A DNA stretch of 64,000 bases, from the NCBI GenBank assembly GCA_963806905.1, contig CAWEAA010000008.1, forward strand, positions 462,395-526,394. Direction: 5' to 3'. Both the position numbers and the translations under genes were made by a program. How positions within the stretch are numbered: the first letter of the stretch is position 1; each line of letters begins with the position of its first letter. The notes under the pieces were generated by a model. It did no database searches, had not been told where the DNA came from, and saw nothing but the letters and a program-made list of their open reading frames with translations. Below are positions 56,560 to 64,000 of the stretch, piece after piece. Source of the stretch: an uncultured Verrucomicrobiae bacterium. Its GTDB lineage: Bacteria > Verrucomicrobiota > Verrucomicrobiia > Limisphaerales > UBA11358.

Positions 56560-57741
56560 ATGGAAGAAACAATTCGCCCAAGAATCGTTTGTCTGAGCAA
56601 CATTTTTGACCAGCACTACCATGATGTGCGCGGAGAGAAGGTTGAACGGCATCTGACGACAGCATTCCGGCGGGATCTTTTCCGTTGCTTGGAAATGGCT
56701 TCGGGCCGGGAGGTCATTGTGCTCTCCGTCCCACCGAAGGCGGCGGAACGGCGCACGGCCCAATGGCTGCCGGCGGTGGAAACAGAATTCGCGACCCACC
56801 GGCAATCGTTTTGCTGCAACTGGGACGTTCCCAAATTGCGATTTCCGCTTTCGTGGTTTTTTTACGCCCGCCATGTGCTGCGGTCGGTTCGCAATGGCGA
56901 TCTGGTGCTGATTGACAATTACGAGTTTGTTTACGTGGTGGCCGCCCGGTTGGTCCAACTGTTCCGGCAGGTGAAATTCCTGCTCGTCTATCTGGATGGA
57001 AAACATCTGATTGATCGCGGCTGGCTCCGTGTTTTGAGCTGGCTGGCGGAGACACTGGGACGACCGATTTTGAACGGTGCGTTGTTGTCAAACCCCACGC
57101 TCGGGAAACGCCTGGTGGATGCCATCCCTAAGGAACTGGTGCCGGGATTTGTGCCCAATGCGCTGTCGTCGGGAGCGGGTGTGCCGGACAACGAAGTCCG
57201 CTTTTTATACGGTGGCGGGCTTGATCATGCGCATGGCGTTGATTTACTGCTCGAATCACTCGTCCATCTGCCGGATCAGGGCTGGCGCCTGCTCATTGCC
57301 GGACAGGGTCCACTGGCGGAACGGGTCGCCCGTTTTGTGCAGGAACCGCAATGGCGGGGTAGGGTGGCCTATCATCAAGCCCTGCCCACGGAGGCTTACA
57401 ACGCATTGTTGTCCCGGTGCCACGTGGGGCTTAATTGCCAGCGGACATCCGACCCGGCTTCCGGGGTGACTTTTCCCTCAAAGGTGTTCACCTATTTATC
57501 CGCCGGTCTGCTGGTCATCAGCAGCAAAGCCTGCGGCGTGGAGGCGGTTTGCGGGAACGCCTGCTTGTATTTCGAGGAAGAGACGCCACAATCATTGGCT
57601 GCGGCCATGAAGGAAGTGATTGAACATTTTTCCGCCGTCCGCCAAAAACTGGATCGGTCGGCGATTTGCGAGCGCTATTCGCTGGAAGCCACCACGGTGC
57701 GCATGAAGCGCCTGTTGAATGCGATTGGATGGGAACAATGA
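56560..57741 (+). CDS. GT4-like glycosyltransferase
   Basis: FLYGGGL..HGV, FPSKVFTYL. Confidence 0.85.
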   Translation: MEETIRPRIVCLSNIFDQHYHDVRGEKVERHLTTAFRRDLFRCLEMASGREVIVLSVPPKAAERRTAQWLPAVETEFATHRQSFCCNWDVPKLRFPLSWFFYARHVLRSVRNGDLVLIDNYEFVYVVAARLVQLFRQVKFLLVYLDGKHLIDRGWLRVLSWLAETLGRPILNGALLSNPTLGKRLVDAIPKELVPGFVPNALSSGAGVPDNEVRFLYGGGLDHAHGVDLLLESLVHLPDQGWRLLIAGQGPLAERVARFVQEPQWRGRVAYHQALPTEAYNALLSRCHVGLNCQRTSDPASGVTFPSKVFTYLSAGLLVISSKACGVEAVCGNACLYFEEETPQSLAAAMKEVIEHFSAVRQKLDRSAICERYSLEATTVRMKRLLNAIGWEQ

Positions 57742-58910
57742 AAACACCCCAAACTTTGTTGATAACCTGCGGCGCGTGGTGGTTGCCTCACCCCGCCAAG
57801 GCTTTTCAGACCCGGCATGCGCTGGCGGGTCTGTGGATGACCCACAAAAACAGCACCGGTATTGCCCCGAACAAATTCCGGCGCTGCTGGCCGTTTCATC
57901 TGCTCATGAAGCCGTTCTATCATCTGGCCCCGCAGATTTGGACGGAACACGCTTTTTACGCTCTTTTTCCGGTCTGGCGATGGTGGTTGAAACGCCAGCA
58001 CTGGCCGGACTGTAATATCGTCCAAGCCATCATGGGCTATGCGACCGAGCCGTTTGATCGGGCCGAGCGGCATGGCGTGCTCAAGGTGGTGGATTGTCAG
58101 AACAGTCACCCGTTGACTTATTTCGGATTCATGCAACGGGAATGTGATTTGTGGTGTCCGGGCGAAAAGGTGCCCATCCCGCAATGGATGTTTGCGCGGA
58201 TGAATCGGGAGCTGGAACGGGCGGATATGATCATCGTCCAGTCCAAATTTTGCGAGGAGTCCATGATTTGGAACGGCATTCCGGCGGAAAAAGTGATGAT
58301 CAACGCGATGGGCGTGGACCTTTCTATTTTTAAGAAACGGGCAGCGGTGCCGGCCACGCCAAGATTCATTTCGGTCGGCGCCATTTGCCTGCGCAAAGGG
58401 CACCAATATCTGTTCCGGGCCTTTGAACAGGTGAAAGCGAGGTTGCCGGAGGCGGAATTGATTTGTGCGGGTGAATACAAGCGTGATTTTCGCAAGGAGC
58501 GGCCGAAATGGGAAGGCAAATTCACACACATCCCTTACCTGCCGCAAAAGGATCTGGCAAAGCTGTTGCAAACCTGCACCGCCTTTGTGTTTCCTTCGCA
58601 GGAGGAAGGCATCGCCCGTGCACAAATTGAGGCGCTCGCCTGTGGATTGCCAGTGATCGGAACTCACGAAGGCGGAGCCACAACGGTGGTGGAAGATGGG
58701 GTTGAGGGCTTTATTGTTCGTGGCCGCGACCCCAAACACATCGCCGACGCCATGATCAAGATTGCCGGTGATCCCGCGATGAACCAGAAAATGGGCGAAG
58801 CCGCATGGCAAAAGGGCGCGGTGCGCAACAGTTGGCAGGACTACGGCGACCGGTTGCTGGCCGAGTATCAAAAACGGCTGAACGCGCGCACAGCCGTGGC
58901 TGGTCCCTGA
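57738..58910 (+). CDS. GT4 glycosyltransferase
   Basis: RKG, FPSQEEGIARAQIEALACGLPVI. Confidence 0.92.
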   Translation: MKTPQTLLITCGAWWLPHPAKAFQTRHALAGLWMTHKNSTGIAPNKFRRCWPFHLLMKPFYHLAPQIWTEHAFYALFPVWRWWLKRQHWPDCNIVQAIMGYATEPFDRAERHGVLKVVDCQNSHPLTYFGFMQRECDLWCPGEKVPIPQWMFARMNRELERADMIIVQSKFCEESMIWNGIPAEKVMINAMGVDLSIFKKRAAVPATPRFISVGAICLRKGHQYLFRAFEQVKARLPEAELICAGEYKRDFRKERPKWEGKFTHIPYLPQKDLAKLLQTCTAFVFPSQEEGIARAQIEALACGLPVIGTHEGGATTVVEDGVEGFIVRGRDPKHIADAMIKIAGDPAMNQKMGEAAWQKGAVRNSWQDYGDRLLAEYQKRLNARTAVAGP

Positions 58911-58913
58911 TTT

Positions 58914-59693
58914 ATGCAAGACTATCGAGCCAACAAATTAAGAACGGTCTTCCAAATAATGCGCCGCATTCACAACTGGCCGACGGCGGTGGGAATGCGG
59001 CTTTCCCGCCATCGGCGGACCGGGCTTCGCCTGCTGTCGTTCCGGAATGGACTCAACGTGGTGTTGCGCGCCGGCACGCGCGACTGGGATGTCCTTCATG
59101 AAATTGCCTTTGCCGGCGGTTACGCGCGGGCTTTGGAATTCATCTCGCATTTGCCCGCGGGCGCCAGTGTGCTTGATCTGGGCGGGAATATCGGGCTTTT
59201 CGGCCTTGCTTGCGCCCGGCGCGTGCCGGGTGCGCGCATCTTTGCCTACGAACCGGGACCGCCCAACTTCCGGATATATGAAATGAATTGCCTGGCAAAT
59301 CCTGAATTAAGTCCGCGCATTGAACTGCGCCGTGAAGCGGTGGGCGGAACCGCCCGCGAGGACAACTGGTTTTTCGATGAAGAAAATCCCGGCGGGTCAA
59401 GCCTGTTTGGACAACAAGGCAAACCCTGCCGGGTAAAAATCGCGGCCTTTGCCGATGTGATCGCCAGCCTGCCCAAACCGGTCGCGCTCGCAAAAATAGA
59501 CGTGGAAGGAGCGGAATATGAAATCCTGGAGCAGACGCCGCCTGACACGTGGCGCCAGGTGGCGGCCGTTTCACTTGAATTGCACGGTGACCCGCGCGGC
59601 AGAGTGACAAAAAACGCGTTTCTGGATCAAATGCGCGCGCGGGGCTTCAAGGTTGAAGAGGAATCAGTCTGCTCCTTTTTTCTGCATCGTTGA
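58914..59693 (+). CDS. FkbM-family methyltransferase
   Basis: DLGGNIG, YEP, KIDVEGAEY. Confidence 0.92.
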   Translation: MQDYRANKLRTVFQIMRRIHNWPTAVGMRLSRHRRTGLRLLSFRNGLNVVLRAGTRDWDVLHEIAFAGGYARALEFISHLPAGASVLDLGGNIGLFGLACARRVPGARIFAYEPGPPNFRIYEMNCLANPELSPRIELRREAVGGTAREDNWFFDEENPGGSSLFGQQGKPCRVKIAAFADVIASLPKPVALAKIDVEGAEYEILEQTPPDTWRQVAAVSLELHGDPRGRVTKNAFLDQMRARGFKVEEESVCSFFLHR

Positions 59694-59791
59694 CGCGCCT
59701 TAAAATTATCTTGGCGGAACGATGTGGGTTGGTATGGTTGAAAGCGGTGAAGACTCGAAATGCGTGCTTGTTTTGTAAAGAGTTGACTGGC

Positions 59792-60961
59792 ATGAAAATA
59801 GCCCTTCTTACGACAGACAATCGCGAGAATAATCGGACTTATTCCGAAACGACGCCCCACTTCAGCACGAATTCAGATTCGCTAATCGAAGGCTTTCCGT
59901 CCTTACCCGAAGTGGAGGTGCATGTCCTCTCCTGTGTCCAGCGACCGATGCAGTCGCCAGAGAAACTGGCGGATAACATCTGGTTTCACGCTTTGCCTGT
60001 GCCCAAAATCGGCTGGTTGCGCACCGGATATCAGGGTTGCATCCGCGCTGTACGAAAGAAACTGCGGGAGATACAACCCGACATTGTGCATGGTGTGGGC
60101 ACGGAGCGGGATTGCGCCATCAGCGCCGTGTTTTGCGGCTTTCCCAATATTGTGACAATCCAGGGAAACATGGCTGAACTGGCACGCTTGAGCCGGCCAC
60201 GCATCGGGAGTTACGGCTGGCTGTCGGCGCGGTTGGAAAACTTTACGCTTCCGCGCGCTAACGGCGTGATTTGCAATTCGGTTTACACCGAAGGTTTGGT
60301 TCGGCCCCGCGCCAGAAAGACCTGGGTGATCTACGTGGGGTTGCGCAGCGTTTCCCTTGGGCCTTACACACATACCGGTCCGCGTCAGTGTGCGCTGGTC
60401 ATTGCCGGAGTCATTAGTCAGCGGAAACGCCAACTGGAACTGTTGGACGTGGCCGAGGCGCTGCATCGCCGGGGATTGAAATTTGAATTTCGGTTTGTGG
60501 GCTTTATGTTCGATTCCAGCGACCCCTACGCAGGGTCATTTCTGAAGCGAATCAAACCGATGGAGGCCGCCGGATATGCGCGCTATCTGGGGGGGCCTTC
60601 CAACAGCGAAATGGTTCGTTGTTTCGACGCGGCGGCGGGGATGGTCCATTTCCCAACGGAGGAAGCGTTCGGCTGTGTGGTGGCTGAAGGTCTCGCCCGT
60701 GATCTGAAGTTTTTCGGCGCGCGCGTTGGAGGCATTGTGGAGATTACGAACGGAGCGCCCGGCGCGGAACTGTTCGCCAGCGATGATTGGACAGGGCTGA
60801 CAAATGCCATTGCCCGTTGGATTGAAGAGGGTTACCCGCAACCCGTCGGCGCGACCGCCCTCATGCGGAAGCGTTATCATCCCGAAGTTATTGCGCGACA
60901 GCATGTGGAAATCTACCGTGAAGTCCTGTCATCCAACGCCTATGGACGTCCGCCATCATAA
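59792..60961 (+). CDS. GT4 glycosyltransferase
   Basis: RKRQ, EEAFGCVVAE. Confidence 0.9.
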   Translation: MKIALLTTDNRENNRTYSETTPHFSTNSDSLIEGFPSLPEVEVHVLSCVQRPMQSPEKLADNIWFHALPVPKIGWLRTGYQGCIRAVRKKLREIQPDIVHGVGTERDCAISAVFCGFPNIVTIQGNMAELARLSRPRIGSYGWLSARLENFTLPRANGVICNSVYTEGLVRPRARKTWVIYVGLRSVSLGPYTHTGPRQCALVIAGVISQRKRQLELLDVAEALHRRGLKFEFRFVGFMFDSSDPYAGSFLKRIKPMEAAGYARYLGGPSNSEMVRCFDAAAGMVHFPTEEAFGCVVAEGLARDLKFFGARVGGIVEITNGAPGAELFASDDWTGLTNAIARWIEEGYPQPVGATALMRKRYHPEVIARQHVEIYREVLSSNAYGRPPS

Positions 60962-61997
60962 ACCGGCAGCTTCTCCTTACGATAACCTCCGGGACCGGCT
61001 CAAATCCGCGACGCGCACTTGGCTCATCACGGGCGTCGCCGGATTTATCGGCTCCCATCTCCTCGAAACGCTGCTCAAACTCGACCAGCGGGTGCGGGGA
61101 CTGGATGATTTTTCGAGTGGCAAGGAGCAGAACCTCGAGGCCGTGCAGGCGCGGGTGACGCCGTCTCAATGGGCGCGATTTCAGCTCTGCAAGGGAGACG
61201 TTGCCAATCCTGAACTTTGCCGGGAAGCCTGTGCGCGAGTGGAAATCGTTTTGCATCACGCGGCCCTGGTGTCGGTTCCGCTTTCCCTGGAGAAGCCGCT
61301 GCTGTGTCATTCCAGCAACGTGACTGGCTTTTTGAACATGCTCCTGGCCGCGCGCGACGCCGGGAGCAAACGTTTTGTGTACGCTTCCAGCAGCGCGGTT
61401 TACGGCGACGATGCCACGTTACCGAAGGTGGAAGACAAGGTTGGCCGGTCGCTGTCGCCCTACGCGGCGACGAAAGCCATGAACGAAGCTTACGCCGATG
61501 TTTTCGCGCGCCTTTATGGGCTGCCGTCCATTGGCCTGCGCTATTTCAATGTATTTGGTCCACGCCAGGATCCCGCAGGCGGTTATGCCGCAGTCATTCC
61601 AAAATGGATCGCCGCCCTGCTGAAGCGGGAATCGATTTTCATCAACGGCGATGGCGAAACTACGCGTGACTTTTGTTTTGTGGAAGACGTGGTGCAGGCG
61701 AATTTGCTCGCGGGCACGGTCACCGACGCGCCGGCGCTCAACCAGATTTACAACATCGCGCTCAGTAAACAAACAACCCTCAATCAGCTCTTTCAATTGC
61801 TCAGGGACATTCTCCGGCAGAAAACCCCGTCTCTGCCGGACCAGAAACCGGTTTACCGCGATTTTCGTCCCGGTGATGTCCGGCATTCCCTGGCCGATAT
61901 AACCAAGGCAGGGCGTTTGCTTGGTTATGCGCCGGCCTATGAATTCCAGCAAGGTTTGGCATTGGCCATGGAGTGGTACGAGCAGAATATTGCCTGA
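60942..61997 (+). CDS. UDP-GlcNAc(A) C4-epimerase (WbpP/TviC-like)
   Basis: WLITGVAGFIGS, LSPYAATK, LRYFNVFGPRQDP..YAAVIPKW, FRPGDVRHS. Confidence 0.92.
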   Translation: MDVRHHKPAASPYDNLRDRLKSATRTWLITGVAGFIGSHLLETLLKLDQRVRGLDDFSSGKEQNLEAVQARVTPSQWARFQLCKGDVANPELCREACARVEIVLHHAALVSVPLSLEKPLLCHSSNVTGFLNMLLAARDAGSKRFVYASSSAVYGDDATLPKVEDKVGRSLSPYAATKAMNEAYADVFARLYGLPSIGLRYFNVFGPRQDPAGGYAAVIPKWIAALLKRESIFINGDGETTRDFCFVEDVVQANLLAGTVTDAPALNQIYNIALSKQTTLNQLFQLLRDILRQKTPSLPDQKPVYRDFRPGDVRHSLADITKAGRLLGYAPAYEFQQGLALAMEWYEQNIA

Positions 61998-62110
61998 AAC
62001 CTTTTCTCCAGATAATATCAGAATTTCAAAACAGCCCACTGCCTGAAATTCAGCGTTCTGGTTTCACCCACCCATAGCGCGTCAACTCCGCCGGCCATCA
62101 CAGCCGCTGG

Positions 62111-63040
62111 TCAAATTTTCTCCGCCGTTATGCAATGAAAAAAACCAAGCGGATTGCCGGTATAAACAATCGGGTTGGATGAAACCGGCGTCACCCGCCG
62201 GACACGTTGCTCCGGATCGTTAACGCGCGCCACATACTGGCTGGGATGCCAGGCATGGCGTTCACCTGCCAGCAGGATGGCCAGACGGTACAGCCAATTC
62301 AAAGGTGGGAAAGTCGAAGACCCCAGATAATCCGCCGCCGTGATTTCGGTTTGCACATGAATCCGACGCAAGCCGAGTGGTGGCAGCATCTGCGCCAATT
62401 CAGCGCGGGTATAAGCCTTGGTTCCAACACTTTCGTTGAAATGCCAAAGCACCCAGGCCAAACCCTTCCACGGCCGGCCTTTGAGCAAAGCATGTTTGAA
62501 CCATTGATTGAAGGCCCATACGGAATGACGGTTGTAAAGCATCACCTTGATCTCGCCACCTGGTTTGACCACACGAACCAGTTCCCGCAAGGCCCGCACC
62601 GTGTCCGGCGTGTGATGCAGCACGCCAAATGAATATCCCAGATCAAAACTGTCCGAAGAGAACGGCAAATTCTCCGCATCCGCCACCATGATCTTCTCCG
62701 GCGCCGGCAACTGATAAACGTCAATGCGATGGCGAAGGTTGTCCAATGCCTCCGGGGTCAAGTCCACACCCGAAGCGATGGCCCCGGCCCGAAGCCATTG
62801 AATGAAATCCGTACCCGCACCAAATCCCACCTCGATAACCTTTTTTCCGCGGTAACGGGTAAACCGGGCAAAGGCATGAATAAAGGGTTGGTCGAAGTAA
62901 CGAAATGATTCAATCTCCTCAAAATATTCCCGCGAGAACTTTTCAGACCGTGCCACCTGGGTGTCGCAACTTTGCTCATTCCAAAAATTGCGCACGCGTT
63001 CCTTGAGTTCCATATCTTTGCTTTCGTTGACAGGCGCCAT
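62111..63040 (-). CDS. Class I SAM methyltransferase
   Basis: IEVGFGAGTD, DAENLPF, SFGVLHHTPD. Confidence 0.9.
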   Translation of the reverse strand: MAPVNESKDMELKERVRNFWNEQSCDTQVARSEKFSREYFEEIESFRYFDQPFIHAFARFTRYRGKKVIEVGFGAGTDFIQWLRAGAIASGVDLTPEALDNLRHRIDVYQLPAPEKIMVADAENLPFSSDSFDLGYSFGVLHHTPDTVRALRELVRVVKPGGEIKVMLYNRHSVWAFNQWFKHALLKGRPWKGLAWVLWHFNESVGTKAYTRAELAQMLPPLGLRRIHVQTEITAADYLGSSTFPPLNWLYRLAILLAGERHAWHPSQYVARVNDPEQRVRRVTPVSSNPIVYTGNPLGFFHCITAEKI

Positions 63041-63218
63041 AATTGCAGTCAGTTGAAAAAAGTAAACTTCTTTGTCGAAACGCGCAACGGAAAGCGAACC
63101 GGGAAAATCTCCGGCATATTGTTCTGCCGGGTTCCCCTGTTCCTTCGCAATTCCTGCCAGGAAATTGTGAGACCCGCCAAAAACCAATGCGCAAAAAAAG
63201 CCGGGGCAGGGTGGAAAT

Positions 63219-64000
63219 TCATCGCGAAGGGCCTAACACCAGCTGCTCGTAAATGGTTTTGAGCTGCCGGGCTACTTCGACCCAGCTCAACGGCTTGGCC
63301 GGCAGCGGCATGTCCGGTGCGGCATCGTAAAACCGGCGCAGGAACGCCGCGGTGCGCGACGCTGACGTGATGGGACAAAAGGCGGCCCCCCGGTCGAATA
63401 CCGTTCGGGCCCAGGGCAAATCACTCAAGAGCAGCGGACATTCGCACGCGGCGGCTTCCAGCGCTGAAAGACTCAAGCTTTCCATGCTGCTCAAAAGGAC
63501 GAATCCGCGCGCCTCACGGTAAACCCGGGCCAATCGCTCGCGATCCTGGATCGCGCCTTCGTAGCGGATGATTTGGGAATACTGCTTGGCCAGGGCGAAA
63601 AATTTTTGCGCGTAGGGATCGGCTTCGGCGTAGGCTTTGCCGATGACCCAGACCGGAGTTTGTGCGTCGATCGCGGCTTCGGCCAGTTCCAGCACGCGTT
63701 TGCGTTCAGTGATGGTCGCGGTGCATACCAGCCATTTTCCCCGGGCGGACGGAAGTGAGTTAAGAAAAACCTCCTCGACCCCATTGGCGACCACATGCAC
63801 ACGCTCTCTGGGGGCTCCAAAGAGATAAGTCATCAAGTGCGCTTCCCAAGGTGTCAGTGCAATGTTGGCGTCGGCAAGGTGACATGACTCCCAGTTGAAG
63901 GCGGCCACGAAATTGCGTGGAGCGACGCGTTCCACCGTGCGGCTGATGATTTTTTGGAATCGCAATTGAGACCGGGAGCGGGAACCCTGGGCGGTGAGCA
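63219..64000 (-). CDS. GT4 glycosyltransferase (5'-truncated by window edge)
   Basis: RKR, ESLSLSALEAAAC. Confidence 0.88.
   Translation of the reverse strand, partial: LTAQGSRSRSQLRFQKIISRTVERVAPRNFVAAFNWESCHLADANIALTPWEAHLMTYLFGAPRERVHVVANGVEEVFLNSLPSARGKWLVCTATITERKRVLELAEAAIDAQTPVWVIGKAYAEADPYAQKFFALAKQYSQIIRYEGAIQDRERLARVYREARGFVLLSSMESLSLSALEAAACECPLLLSDLPWARTVFDRGAAFCPITSASRTAAFLRRFYDAAPDMPLPAKPLSWVEVARQLKTIYEQLVLGPSR

Overview
GC-rich bacterial chromosome segment, probably Verrucomicrobiota (Pedosphaera-like). The taxon is inferred from the style of the secreted proteins and repeats, not proven. The main result is a ~15.2 kb integrated element (7687-22952) bounded by a 53-bp direct repeat made of the 3' part of tRNA-Thr(TGT). 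It reads as a tailless, membrane-containing double-jelly-roll (PM2/corticovirus-like) prophage, with a PM2 P2-like major capsid protein, an A32/P9-type packaging ATPase, a string of small single-TM proteins, a penton-like gene and a tyrosine integrase. Its unusual parts are a lambda-O-style initiator with ~22-bp-phased iterons inside the gene, a beta-helix spike-like protein starting with a Sec-type signal peptide, a holin-like/lipobox fusion, a MazEF-like pair, no recognisable repressor or endolysin, and three single-base frameshifts. Right of it lies a decayed lower-GC accessory region (22953-29700) with an attC-like site, ending at a truncated gene. The rest is host DNA: proA, GH44, alr, thiH/thiS, infA, a beta-CASP nuclease, yajQ and a ~24 kb surface-glycan locus interrupted by two toxin-antitoxin modules bracketed by direct repeats. 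All family assignments come from motifs read by eye. No database search was run.
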